A DNA stretch of 43,051 bases from a virus (lineage: Duplodnaviria; Caudoviricetes), in IMG/VR virus record IMGVR_UViG_3300044504_000043, positions 1-43,051 of that record; one strand, 5' to 3'. Shown in pieces: positions 23,456 to 33,487 of this stretch. How positions within the stretch are numbered: the first letter of the stretch is position 1; the number at the start of each line of letters is the position of its first letter. The notes under the pieces are model-generated. The model was not told the origin of the DNA. It did not search any database and saw only the letters and a list, made by a program, of their open reading frames with translations. A program made the translations under genes and the position numbers.

Positions 23456-26400
23456 AGTGTGGCCTCTGTTCCGTAGCCGTTACCGACTGATGCTGATACT
23501 TGATAAATTTTTACATAGACAGTGCTTTGCGTTGATCCAAAATCAGTCGTTTGCTGTGCTGCTGTGTAAGAATAAGACTGCGTCGATGATGTATAGCTAT
23601 TCACAACCGAGCCACCATCGCCGCTTAATATTTGGATCAGGTAACTCTGCGAGTCCTCAAAAAGTGCTGGATTCCATAATGGACTAGTTATCGCTCTACT
23701 TCTTCTGGTCCACGTAATAGCCAAATTCAAGCCGCCATCACGCGACCCTTTAATATATTTAGGGCTAAAAGGCTTTTGATTAATGCCTGTATTTGTTTTT
23801 GATTGCGCAATGGCAATATCGAGCGACGTACCAAAAGTAACGGGCTTATAATGCCTAGCCGTATTAACAATAGCGCCGACCCTATCTAATGCTGTTGATT
23901 TTAATAATACAAACTTATCGCCTACTGCGTGACTGCTTACAGCCCAATCAGTACCGCGCCTACCGCGAAGCAATGTGCTTAATGTATATGTGCCATTGCC
24001 ATTATCGGTAGCTGTCACAAACTGGATAACCTCACTCCCAAGCACCGCAAAATTAGCGCCTTGAATAACTAGGCTTTCTGTTGACGATGAAAGTGATCCG
24101 CTTGAGATTGAGACAGTAACCGTATTCGCTCTGTCAAAAACAGTACATCCAGCAGTAGCAAGCACGGTTGTCGCCTTACCCATTACGCTAGCACTCAAAA
24201 CATCAGCCGATGGTGAGTAGGTAGCCCCCGAATCAAGCGATTTAAAAATACTAGATCCTGTCCACCCTGAGAAATAACCGCTTGCCGCTAAATACATGCC
24301 AGCATCATTATCCTCGTTTCGTAACAGAGGAATATCAAGCAGAAATAGGTTGGTCGGCCCTTTAAACCCAACGGACTGGGTATCATCCTCGCTAGCGCCT
24401 GCCGTACTTGTTGCCGCGTAAATAGTGGCATCTTCAGCTACACAATCAAGCTCTATATTTTTGCCATAGGAGATACCAACAATGCGTGCGCGCCTTGTCT
24501 TGCTTCCAATCGTAAACTGAATAATATCTGTAGGGTTTAAGTCGATATATTGATTAGTGACTTGAAGCGTGAACTTATCTCGCTCAACATGCGCATCATA
24601 AAGTAAAACATGCGCTATCTCCTTAGCATAGTCCGCGCTCATGACGATAGCCAAAGACAATTTATTGACATTTTCAACGGGCGAATTTATACGCTGTGCT
24701 TGTTGCGTTCCGACTTCATAGCTTCGGCTTACATCGGAGTAATCAACTAGCACTTGGCTAGGCAATTCTGAATCTTGTCTGCGAGTGTGAGTATATAAGC
24801 TAGATGCACTTTCGCCAGCGCCTAGATCATCTTCGGGTATAGATGAAACAACACTACCGCCACGCTTGATATAAGTTAATACATTACTGACCTCTGCCGA
24901 ATCAAAAAAATAAGCCTTTTGCAGTGGCTCGATAGCCGATCTCGCTGGCATGGGGCTGGTAATAATATAGCCACTTACCGATTCAGTTAATGCACTTACA
25001 TTCTGGTCAGCCACCTCAAGCCCTGAGCGCGTACCAATATCAGCAACAATATCAGATAAACTTACATCACCTGATGTTAATGACTCTAAAGCAAAGGTTC
25101 TATAACCTTCATAGCCGCCCTCGATTGGCGCGTACTGGAAATAAACACCATCTGAAACATTAACCCCGCCGTACCCATAAGGGCTATAACCCGTTATCCC
25201 ATTGGGAGAGCCATAGTATTTTACATTAGTGCCATCCAAGTCAAAGCTGTGAATGTAAAAATTACTAATTGAGAAGATTAAACCGCCCGTTATCCGTATA
25301 AAATTAGTTCCGAAGCCGTTTCTGCTCATTGATGTTTTCTGCCCAGCACTTATAGCAGGCGTTATAGTAGAAACAAACGATCCAGTAATAGTGAATATAT
25401 CAATCGTATAATTCGTGTTTAAAACATAAATTCTCCCCTGATAAACCTCAAAGGATTGCGGATCAGCATTTAACTGCATGGTCGTATCGTTTAGCAATGT
25501 CAATCTAGGCCCGAAAGCGCCGCCCGAAGATACAAAGAAATCCCCATTATCAATAGCAGCCCTTGACAGTGTTTTAGTTGAGGCTCCACCAAAATACAAA
25601 CAATAAATATAGCCATCAGCAACGACAAACGAAGATTGATTATCGCTTACCGCCTGCGTGTTTAGCGCCATCACATATTGCGCACCAGTAACCAGTCCTG
25701 TCGCCTCGTCCAGCTTATAAACTCTAAAGTTCTCAGGCAAAAAAGGGTTGCCCCCCCCGCATACCCAGTAAGCTCCTTCTCGGCTGTATACATGAGCAGG
25801 GTTATAATATGTGTAAGCGCCTTTAGGGACTGTAAATCCAGTTACATTGACGTAAGACCCATTTGAAAAGTATTTATAGACCCACACGGTGCTTGAAGTA
25901 TAGGAGTTGGTCCAGTCGCCAGCAAACACATAGCTATAGCCGTTTTCGGCATCCCAGTAAGGAGCAGTGACATTGAATGCTGCTGTGGTAGCAGTGATCG
26001 CTTCTTGGCGCTCAATCAAGCGCATAACCCTAGAGCCTGCGCCAACCACCTCAACACTTATGTTCGGTATTCTCTTTCCATACTTCTCAAGTGCAAGCTG
26101 GTCAAAGACAAGATAAGCCGTACCGCGATAAGCTTGCGTATTGGCTGCGCCCTTGTCTGCTTGAATAAGCGAATCAGCCTCTTGCGTTTCTGTGCCGTAA
26201 TAGACGGTAATACCCGTAGCGTTACTATTTGATGCCATAATAGTCTCAAGACTAGCGGTGTCGCCTGCATCATAAATTAGTATAGAATCAGCCCATATCC
26301 TGCGAATACCCGCTATCTCATTATCACAAATAGAAACGGCAAACGTACCGTAATAATCATAAGTTGTTTGTGAGCTACCACCACCACCCTTACTTGATGA

Positions 26401-26655
26401 CTCTTCCGTGATTTTTCGCTCAATTAACGGTAAAGCCCAGATGATGTTCCCTGATAATCTAGCGTTACCGTAGACAATCGGTATTGCTGCGCCATAAGCA
26501 GAAGACTGAACCTGCAAATCGCTTAAACGTGGGCCTGAGTAGTCCTGTCCTGCGGGCTGATCTAAAGCCGAACCAATTGCATAACCCCATTTAGCACCTG
26601 TTGGTCCTGCAACAAAATAGCCAATCGCCGCGCCAATTGCGCCCTTTACACTCAT
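23452..26655 (-). CDS. GTA-like central tail hub/host-specificity protein
   Basis: GPRLSDL..QSSAYG..IP.VYG, AYRGTAY, YGKRIPN, LLRGRRGT; start at 26655 by ATGA overlap. Confidence 0.88.
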   Translation of the reverse strand: MSVKGAIGAAIGYFVAGPTGAKWGYAIGSALDQPAGQDYSGPRLSDLQVQSSAYGAAIPIVYGNARLSGNIIWALPLIERKITEESSSKGGGGSSQTTYDYYGTFAVSICDNEIAGIRRIWADSILIYDAGDTASLETIMASNSNATGITVYYGTETQEADSLIQADKGAANTQAYRGTAYLVFDQLALEKYGKRIPNISVEVVGAGSRVMRLIERQEAITATTAAFNVTAPYWDAENGYSYVFAGDWTNSYTSSTVWVYKYFSNGSYVNVTGFTVPKGAYTYYNPAHVYSREGAYWVCGGGNPFLPENFRVYKLDEATGLVTGAQYVMALNTQAVSDNQSSFVVADGYIYCLYFGGASTKTLSRAAIDNGDFFVSSGGAFGPRLTLLNDTTMQLNADPQSFEVYQGRIYVLNTNYTIDIFTITGSFVSTITPAISAGQKTSMSRNGFGTNFIRITGGLIFSISNFYIHSFDLDGTNVKYYGSPNGITGYSPYGYGGVNVSDGVYFQYAPIEGGYEGYRTFALESLTSGDVSLSDIVADIGTRSGLEVADQNVSALTESVSGYIITSPMPARSAIEPLQKAYFFDSAEVSNVLTYIKRGGSVVSSIPEDDLGAGESASSLYTHTRRQDSELPSQVLVDYSDVSRSYEVGTQQAQRINSPVENVNKLSLAIVMSADYAKEIAHVLLYDAHVERDKFTLQVTNQYIDLNPTDIIQFTIGSKTRRARIVGISYGKNIELDCVAEDATIYAATSTAGASEDDTQSVGFKGPTNLFLLDIPLLRNEDNDAGMYLAASGYFSGWTGSSIFKSLDSGATYSPSADVLSASVMGKATTVLATAGCTVFDRANTVTVSISSGSLSSSTESLVIQGANFAVLGSEVIQFVTATDNGNGTYTLSTLLRGRRGTDWAVSSHAVGDKFVLLKSTALDRVGAIVNTARHYKPVTFGTSLDIAIAQSKTNTGINQKPFSPKYIKGSRDGGLNLAITWTRRSRAITSPLWNPALFEDSQSYLIQILSGDGGSVVNSYTSSTQSYSYTAAQQTTDFGSTQSTVYVKIYQVSASVGNGYGTEATL

Positions 26656-27032
26656 AAGGTATAGACTCCCTTGACGCGTGACGACCATCTTGCATCAAAG
26701 TTATGTTCAACCACCTTGCCTGCACCCTCATAAGCATGAATCAGGCCGTTAGGCGTAATAATGCCGATATGCTGTGCATTCTTACCGATTGCCATTAAAA
26801 CGATATCATTAACCTCTGGCGCTCTATGTACTTTTGTTAGTTGCGAATCCATTGCTAGCGTCAACGCTTTATCATCAGGCATTCTATGATATCCCTCGAC
26901 ATCAACAATCTCTTGACCAATCATTTTTGCTGATAAAATGACAAGCCCTGCGCAGTCAACGCCATGCAAATAGCGTCCTTGATGCTTGAATGGTGTATCT
27001 AAAAACTGTCTAGCCGCTTCGTATAGCTCCAT
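26652..27032 (-). CDS. NlpC/P60 tail peptidase
   Basis: TPFKHQGR...GVDCAG, QHIGI, IHAY. Confidence 0.92.
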   Translation of the reverse strand: MELYEAARQFLDTPFKHQGRYLHGVDCAGLVILSAKMIGQEIVDVEGYHRMPDDKALTLAMDSQLTKVHRAPEVNDIVLMAIGKNAQHIGIITPNGLIHAYEGAGKVVEHNFDARWSSRVKGVYTL

Positions 27033-27847
27033 TATTGACCGCCAAATTTTGTTACTTGGTCGCTGCTTGGGATCATATCGAAGCCTCGAAAATTAATAAC
27101 ATTGTTAAATGTGCTAATGCAGGTGGTTTTTCGCTTGTCACAGCCCGCGTAAACCGTAAACGTATCTGCTACCACCACATCATAAGCAAAAGGAAGAAAA
27201 GTCGTTATCTGGCCTGTTGCGTCGGTATAATCTTTAACTTCGCGTGATAAGCCGCTATTAAGCCCCGACGTGCATGTGATTAAGCCGTAATTATAATAAT
27301 CATCTGATTGCGTACCGATTAATGACGAATCAATAAATGCCTGATTGCTTGTAACTGACGTAATCGCGCCGGTATAAGTAAAATCTGCAATCGTTACACC
27401 GCATCGCGTATCGCCTAATTGAGCATTGCATTCTGCCGTGTAATACCTTCCTATGGGTTGCTGTAGTTTTTGAGTTAAAGATCGGTATTCCGCCTTAAAG
27501 CCATTTTCTGTTATTTCAACCTCACCAAGAAAGCCTTTTCCTAGGTTTTTAATAAGTGTTGAGTCTGAATAATCGACAATAAGCTCGTAAACTTCAGCGC
27601 CATCATATAAGCCATTTTCAACATCTTCTTTCACGATGCCGCCAATAGAGAAATAGCCCGACATATCAGAATTATTAACTGATAAGGTCATGTTTGCGTC
27701 TTTATTGCTAGGCGTGTAGCTGATAGAGGATAGGTACGTCACGCCGCCATAAGTGATATCACGATCATGAGATGTAAACGCAATAACTGTTGCATCGCTT
27801 CTAACCACTCGGGCACATCTAGCCCATGTTATTACTCTGTCACCCAT
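27032..27847 (-). CDS. DUF2163/BR0599 baseplate-hub protein
   Basis: FTSHDRD, CNAQLGDTRC, GCDK...C...FNN..NFRGF. Confidence 0.9.
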   Translation of the reverse strand: MGDRVITWARCARVVRSDATVIAFTSHDRDITYGGVTYLSSISYTPSNKDANMTLSVNNSDMSGYFSIGGIVKEDVENGLYDGAEVYELIVDYSDSTLIKNLGKGFLGEVEITENGFKAEYRSLTQKLQQPIGRYYTAECNAQLGDTRCGVTIADFTYTGAITSVTSNQAFIDSSLIGTQSDDYYNYGLITCTSGLNSGLSREVKDYTDATGQITTFLPFAYDVVVADTFTVYAGCDKRKTTCISTFNNVINFRGFDMIPSSDQVTKFGGQ

Positions 27848-28704
27848 TACAGTTTTATCTCAATAATTGGCAATGAAAAACCAAAGCTTTGAAAGTTAAC
27901 CCAGCTTGATATCATGTCGTTAGTGTCAAACCTTGCTGGCACATCAAATTCAAATCCCGCCGTTACGCTCTCGCCTGTTTGTGGTGCCGTTTTTAACTGC
28001 CCTGCATTACTTGAATAAGCCGTGTAAGCAGATGAATTAAAGACGATAGTAAAGGTATTGGTTGCCGCAGCAGTAACCGTATATCGAGCAGCATTCAAGC
28101 CGGCCCAGCTACCTGTAAATGAAGAGAGGTAGACGCTATCACCTGCTATTAAGCCGTGAATCGCTGCCGTAATAACGGTATTGCCTGCACTTGAAACAGC
28201 GCCCGTAATTGTTTTAGTAATATTGTCGAACGTCACAACGCCTGTTGAAGTATCGACTGCAAAGTTAGTTGTTGATTGTTTTCCACCTATACCGGCTAGC
28301 ACAGAGCCGCTCACCGGCTTTTTAATGTCTCGCTGGTACGTGAAGCCGTTTGTATACTTTTTAACGACCTGAAAGGCAACGGTTGAGCCATCACCTGACC
28401 CAATTATCTGATCGTCAAAGGCGATCGCTGAATTAATTCCGCAGGATTTATAATCACCCCAATCCTTAAAGCGAAAACCATACAATTTACCGCGCATCGC
28501 TTTAAAGAAAATCAGTATCGCTTCAAAGTCTTCTTGGTTTAAGTTTTCGTGTAATGCTTCAAAGCTATTACGCTCTTCTGACCAATTACCGCTTCGCTCT
28601 TCAAAGCCTGATACAGTGGCGATAATGTCAGTAGAGAATGAAGGCCCGCCGCTTGATCCTTGACTTATTTCGGGAGGAAATTGTGTTTCTGTAAATGAAG
28701 CCAT
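27847..28704 (-). CDS. Distal tail protein (DUF2460) with inserted beta domain
   Basis: FP..IS.GSSGGP.FST, FRFKDWGD, GFEFDVPARFD; about 80-aa insert. Confidence 0.88.
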   Translation of the reverse strand: MASFTETQFPPEISQGSSGGPSFSTDIIATVSGFEERSGNWSEERNSFEALHENLNQEDFEAILIFFKAMRGKLYGFRFKDWGDYKSCGINSAIAFDDQIIGSGDGSTVAFQVVKKYTNGFTYQRDIKKPVSGSVLAGIGGKQSTTNFAVDTSTGVVTFDNITKTITGAVSSAGNTVITAAIHGLIAGDSVYLSSFTGSWAGLNAARYTVTAAATNTFTIVFNSSAYTAYSSNAGQLKTAPQTGESVTAGFEFDVPARFDTNDMISSWVNFQSFGFSLPIIEIKL

Positions 28705-30653
28705 TAACCATTCCTCGCTTGCGCCCGCTGTGCTTCTCTACCTGCCCGTTGAGCAATCTGCGCCGCTGTTTGTTTTAAAGAGCCTTCATCACGAACGCCG
28801 GATACATTAATATTGACAGTCACTTGACCGCCCTGTGCTGATAATTTGTTATTAGGAATGACTTGTGCGCCGCGTGGCATATTAACTAACTCTGGACCAC
28901 GCTCACCGACTAGCGATAACCCGCCAGAGGCAAAGTCAGTCCCATTAGCATAAGCAGGGATACCGCCCAACAAGCCGCCAACAATGCCAGATATACCGCC
29001 GTTATCTTCTAATAGCTTTTTGCCGAAGTTAAGCAGGTCACTTGCTAACATGTCCGCCACCATGCGATCTAATGTCTGCTTAAAGCTAGCGCCAAGATTG
29101 TCAAAGTTGCCCTGCATTACATCAAAGAAGCCGTTTGATACGGTTGTTTCCATATTACGGAAGGCTTGGATAGTAAATTCAGACATGGCATCTGTAGATT
29201 TCTTCGTGGAGCTTTCAAGTCGGGACTGTGCTTGCTCAACTGCCGCCGTATACTGCTCTTGAGATAGCAAGTTTTCGCCAGTTGTTCTGTTTATGGTGTC
29301 GCGTAGCTCATTAAGTAACTGGATCTGCTCTGTGAACGCTTGCTGTGGCGTTTTAACTTGCTGTGCTACTGTTTCCGAGTCTAGGAGTAATGCGTTATAT
29401 CGCTCAAGTATTAAGTTTCTTTCTGTTAATGGTTCAATCTCTTGTATACGGATAATATCGCCAAGACTGGCGGCTTTACCTTTTTTACTTCCACCACCAC
29501 TGCTACTTGCCGATCCTGAAGCAAAATCAATAATAGGTGAAGCTGAGGGCTTAAGCTCTGTATTCATTTTGGCGTAAAGCTTGTCTAATTCTTCATTAGC
29601 CGCTTTGAGTTCATTGCGCAGGCCCGTTCCGTTATCTGGACCCCCGCCCCTGCGGTTACTTAATTTGTCTAGCTTTTCTTCTAAGGTGGCAATTTCATCT
29701 TGTACGCGAATAATGGAATCAGCCGTTCTTTCGGTAAACCCCCAATCAATGCCTAAATACTTATTAGCCACAACGCCTAGCCAGTGATCAAACTCGATTA
29801 GATGATTAACACCATTTACAATACTATTCGTTACCGCAAACACGCCCGTTACAATAGCTTGAAAGCCTTGCTTTACGCTTGGGCTATTCAATGTGTCTGT
29901 TAACTCATTAATCGATGCGATAACGGAGGTTGTCGAGCCCTTATCGCCTTCCAGTAAATCACCAAAGCTATTCTGTAATGAGGTTATTGCGCCGCCTAGC
30001 GTGTTTTTAGCCGCTTTTGCACTGCCGGCAAATTGTGCTTCAAGCTCAGTTAAGATAACGTCTTGCGCTTTAGCTAGCTGGTTAGTTTCAACAAAGCTTT
30101 TAACTAGGTCTTTTTGTACTTCGGTAAAAGTAATACCTGAGCGGCTTAATGCGCTCATGCCGGTTGTTGGATCGTTTAATGCTTTACCGACCTGAATAGC
30201 CGCGCTTTTTAAATCGGTACCCATTGCAGTAGCCACATCAAGCACTGCCATTTGAGCGCGGGGGAATACTTCGCCACTTATCTGTCTAAAGGTCAGCATT
30301 AACGCCTGGCTCGCAACAATAGCCTCATCACCATAAGTGGTTACGCTCTGTAGCTGTGAGGCGTAGTCTTGCAGGCTTTTAGATAGTTCTGGGGTATAGT
30401 TACCTGTCGAGCGTAATGTCGCTTCTAACTGCGCTGTGACGCGCTCCTGCTCTATCGTGTTTCTAATGACCGCAGAAGCTGTCTTAGCCGCCGCTACAGC
30501 AATCCCAGCAAATGCCACGCCAAAGGCAATCCCCATGCTTTTACCGCGCTTTTCTGCTTTCGCCCCATGACTCTCAAGCTTGTCAATATCTCGCGTAGCA
30601 CGCACTACACCGCTTGAATCAACTTTTAAACCTAGCGTTGCAATGTCTGCCAT
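28704..30653 (-). CDS. Tape measure protein
   Basis: MADIATLGLKVDS, GKALNDP, helical repeats, C-terminal VGERGPELV. Confidence 0.92.
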   Translation of the reverse strand: MADIATLGLKVDSSGVVRATRDIDKLESHGAKAEKRGKSMGIAFGVAFAGIAVAAAKTASAVIRNTIEQERVTAQLEATLRSTGNYTPELSKSLQDYASQLQSVTTYGDEAIVASQALMLTFRQISGEVFPRAQMAVLDVATAMGTDLKSAAIQVGKALNDPTTGMSALSRSGITFTEVQKDLVKSFVETNQLAKAQDVILTELEAQFAGSAKAAKNTLGGAITSLQNSFGDLLEGDKGSTTSVIASINELTDTLNSPSVKQGFQAIVTGVFAVTNSIVNGVNHLIEFDHWLGVVANKYLGIDWGFTERTADSIIRVQDEIATLEEKLDKLSNRRGGGPDNGTGLRNELKAANEELDKLYAKMNTELKPSASPIIDFASGSASSSGGGSKKGKAASLGDIIRIQEIEPLTERNLILERYNALLLDSETVAQQVKTPQQAFTEQIQLLNELRDTINRTTGENLLSQEQYTAAVEQAQSRLESSTKKSTDAMSEFTIQAFRNMETTVSNGFFDVMQGNFDNLGASFKQTLDRMVADMLASDLLNFGKKLLEDNGGISGIVGGLLGGIPAYANGTDFASGGLSLVGERGPELVNMPRGAQVIPNNKLSAQGGQVTVNINVSGVRDEGSLKQTAAQIAQRAGREAQRAQARNG

Positions 30654-30982
30654 TATTTTGACCTCATATGTAAATCATTTAGCGTGCGGATAGCTTGTGT
30701 TTCAAAGGGTGTTAGCGGTGCAATCAGCGTGCTGTATGCAAGGATGTCCGCGTAAGTGATTTGTTCTTTACTGCCGTTTGATAACTCAATATAAATGGGC
30801 CATAAATAAGCGGCTTGCTCTGGCAGTTCTGGTAAGTTTTGCAGCTCAGAAGGTTTACGTTTTAGCGTTTTTTCTACTTGTCTAAGCGACTCTATCCGGC
30901 TAATCTTTTTCCCGTCCGCATAGCCGTATAACCAAAACTGCTTGTCGGCATAAGCGCATAGGCTGTCGATTAGCCCTTGATA
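30653..30982 (-). CDS. Tail assembly chaperone -1 frameshift extension (gpT-like)
   Basis: Startless open -1 frame YQGLIDSL...PELPEQAAYLWPIYIEL...ITYADI...LTPFE; ends in TAATG at the TMP start. Confidence 0.8.
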   Translation of the reverse strand, partial: YQGLIDSLCAYADKQFWLYGYADGKKISRIESLRQVEKTLKRKPSELQNLPELPEQAAYLWPIYIELSNGSKEQITYADILAYSTLIAPLTPFETQAIRTLNDLHMRSK

Positions 30983-31353
30983 AAATTTCGCCTATTACTT
31001 ATGAAGATATCGACCTGATTAGCGATGACTGGACTATTTGCATATAGCGCGACAGCTTTATCTATTGAAAATTCTAGTTCTTTTCCATTATCCGTAAAGC
31101 CCCGCCATCCAATAGTTGAATCAGCCAGTGTTTGCGCTATTGCATCTAGTTTTGCTTGCTCAATGTCGCCACCGCCTGCCGCGGCGGATAATAGAGATCG
31201 CTTACCTTTACTATCTGCAACGCGAAACGCTTTACTGTCCATACCAACCACCTTGATATAGCAATCAGTTAGCTTTCCTGTTAACGGGTTTTTAATCCTT
31301 ACCTCTGCACCTTCTGCGTGGAGGTCTGCCGTATAAAATTCGCTAATATCCAT
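30970..31353 (-). CDS. Tail assembly chaperone (gpG-like)
   Basis: Between tail tube and TMP; GMDSKAFR, W.GF, ends RRNFIKG with slippery A AAT TTT at 30988-30982. Confidence 0.85.
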   Translation of the reverse strand: MDISEFYTADLHAEGAEVRIKNPLTGKLTDCYIKVVGMDSKAFRVADSKGKRSLLSAAAGGGDIEQAKLDAIAQTLADSTIGWRGFTDNGKELEFSIDKAVALYANSPVIANQVDIFISNRRNFIKG

Positions 31354-32285
31354 TAAATAGGATTCCGCTGGATAATTAAGTTAGTCGTGTCAGCCGCGTT
31401 ATAAAGTGCCTGGAAGTCAAACGAGATTGTTACTGGGCCTTCATCTGATACGTCTGGTTGACCGGCGCTGTATTTAATACGGGGCAAGTCAAAGAAATAT
31501 TCATTACCCGCTGTATCAACTAAGGTAAAATCAATACTGGTTTCTGTTTCATTCAAGAACTTATCGAGCAAGGTACTATCTTCAAAGTAAGCCGATACCG
31601 ATCCAGAAACATTACTTCTGCCGATAGAAGGCTGAAGCGTTTCAGCACTACCGACTACAAATAATGGGTTCATACCATTGTCTAAGTTAATATCAAGCGA
31701 TGTAATGACTGCAATAGCTGAATTATTTTCGTTTATCGTGCCAGTGAACGAGTCAAATGGGCTGGTTGTCGTTGCCGCTGGATACGTTGCGCCCGTAATA
31801 ATGGCGGTAGCTGTTGTCATACCTTTGCCAATAACACCAAGCGAACCTGTAACCATTGCATTAGGTGCGATAGACAGACTTAACGTGCTGAAATTACAGC
31901 CTGTAAAACGATGGTATTGTGTAATGTCACTAAATAGGCGTTCAATCGTAAAGCTGCGGCGTGTTGTGCCGACTTTTAGCTGGTCAATGCCTACACTGGG
32001 TACGCCTACATCCCAAGTGCCGCCTAAAACTGCTTCTAGGAAGTCGTCAAACGAGCCATACGATAACTCAATACCGATATCACCCGATGCACTCTTGTTG
32101 CCGTGTCGCATATCAGATATTTGTCTATCTGCTCGTAATTCATCAGATTGTATTGAGTCTTTAGATAAACCAAGTGTTGTTGATGAATGTCGTAATGCTT
32201 TTAATACAGGTGTAGCAGGCGTAGTGCCAAACGTACTTTCCGCAATATAAGACATTGAATGTTGTGAACCGTTAGCAATAGCCAT
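31353..32285 (-). CDS. Major tail tube protein
   Basis: ESTFGTTP, SDELRADRQ, RRSFTIER, LDNG, F.LPRIKY. Confidence 0.9.
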   Translation of the reverse strand: MAIANGSQHSMSYIAESTFGTTPATPVLKALRHSSTTLGLSKDSIQSDELRADRQISDMRHGNKSASGDIGIELSYGSFDDFLEAVLGGTWDVGVPSVGIDQLKVGTTRRSFTIERLFSDITQYHRFTGCNFSTLSLSIAPNAMVTGSLGVIGKGMTTATAIITGATYPAATTTSPFDSFTGTINENNSAIAVITSLDINLDNGMNPLFVVGSAETLQPSIGRSNVSGSVSAYFEDSTLLDKFLNETETSIDFTLVDTAGNEYFFDLPRIKYSAGQPDVSDEGPVTISFDFQALYNAADTTNLIIQRNPI

Positions 32286-32288
32286 GTG

Positions 32289-32696
32289 CTACCTCGCTTG
32301 TGTGAATGATTGATAGTTAATAAATACAGGAAGAACGAACCAAGCACCGTCACGACTTCCTGAACCGCGAGATACGTTACCTAAGCGAACGGAAACGCCG
32401 TTGTAGGTCAAAACTGTGCCGCGCTTGAAGGCATTAGCAATAACATCTGCTTTGATAATTGCCGCGCCTTTGCCTTTGCCTGCTTCAGAAAATATGTCTA
32501 TCTGGTAAATGCCGAAATTGTCATCTAGGCCACTTGCACCTAATCCAGCTTGGAAGGTGTTAGCCGGTAAAATAGTCGGGCGAATATAAAGCGTGCCGAT
32601 AGTTGGCTCATAACCGCTGTTTTCCCATGCGGTCGGTAAGCTCAAGTCGTTGGTGTGCGAATCAAGCGCCGCTGATATGTCAGTAAATGCACTCAT
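32289..32696 (-). CDS. Tail terminator (DUF4128-like)
   Basis: AWEN..YEP, GIYQIDIF...GKG. Confidence 0.8.
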   Translation of the reverse strand: MSAFTDISAALDSHTNDLSLPTAWENSGYEPTIGTLYIRPTILPANTFQAGLGASGLDDNFGIYQIDIFSEAGKGKGAAIIKADVIANAFKRGTVLTYNGVSVRLGNVSRGSGSRDGAWFVLPVFINYQSFTQAR

Positions 32697-32714
32697 TTCT
32701 TAGCCCCAAAAACG

Positions 32715-32737
32715 AAAAAACCCCCAATTAAGGAGGC
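32715..32737 (-). terminator. Intrinsic terminator
   Basis: CCTCC-ttaatt-GGGGG followed by T6. Confidence 0.65.
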
Positions 32738-32760
32738 TCTAAAAATATATGTTTGTTAGT

Positions 32761-33156
32761 TTATTTAAGTAGTCGTGCTTGCTTTTCTACTTCGCGTGTA
32801 AATTCAGCAACTGTGACCCTGACCATGCCTTGAGGCGCTTGCTTAGAGCTTCCATCTTCAATCACTTTGGCATAAGGCAAGTTGTTCACCAGATAAATAC
32901 TATCGCCAAGTTTAGCCTGCATGGACTCGGTAGCCGCGCTTGATATGGCTTGCGCACCTGTTTTATCGTTAATGCTTGTGGTGCCTTGTGCTGGTCTATT
33001 TATATTAGCCTGCCAATTACCACGTAAGCGACCTGTATCAACGGGCGTGCGCTTAATAACATGGCTGAATATAGATAAAGCTGTACCCCGAAAGACTTTC
33101 TCGGCGTTACGCTCTGTTTTATCGGCGAACTTTTTAAGATCTGAGCTGAAGGACAT
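32761..33156 (-). CDS. HK97 gp10-like neck protein
   Basis: TPVDTGRLRGNW, NNLPYA..IE.G.S.QAP.GMV. Confidence 0.88.
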   Translation of the reverse strand: MSFSSDLKKFADKTERNAEKVFRGTALSIFSHVIKRTPVDTGRLRGNWQANINRPAQGTTSINDKTGAQAISSAATESMQAKLGDSIYLVNNLPYAKVIEDGSSKQAPQGMVRVTVAEFTREVEKQARLLK

Positions 33157-33487
33157 AAGCCGCTACATCGTTGGTCAGTCCTAGAGCCTCAACATTTATC
33201 ACTGTCATAGTTCCATCTGATAAAGTGGCTACATCGTCAATCATGGGTTTATTAGTGGATTCTAATAACACCTTTTTATCACTGCGTAAGATACTCGAAC
33301 CATTAACCAAGCCAAGACTAAAAGACTCTGCAAAGCCATTCGCTGTAAAGCTTAAAGTGGTATCGCCTGTTGCTGTGCCGGTAACAGGATCGAACGTACC
33401 TGTAATGGTACGTGTAAAGGTAATCGCTTCGCCTTTTGATGCGAGCATTCTTTTAGCTGTAGTGGCTAAACCGCTATAGAAAGTCAT
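33134..33487 (-). CDS. Head closure protein
   Basis: FY..L..TA.RM....G, FDPVTG, Y.LQLR. Confidence 0.75.
   Translation of the reverse strand: MTFYSGLATTAKRMLASKGEAITFTRTITGTFDPVTGTATGDTTLSFTANGFAESFSLGLVNGSSILRSDKKVLLESTNKPMIDDVATLSDGTMTVINVEALGLTNDVAAYVLQLRS

Noticed and set aside
31678-32250. Long antisense ORFs (also 895..1233, 20806..21270, 34078..34557 and similar)
   Set aside because: They are shadows of well-supported genes on the opposite strand, with no motifs or convincing RBS
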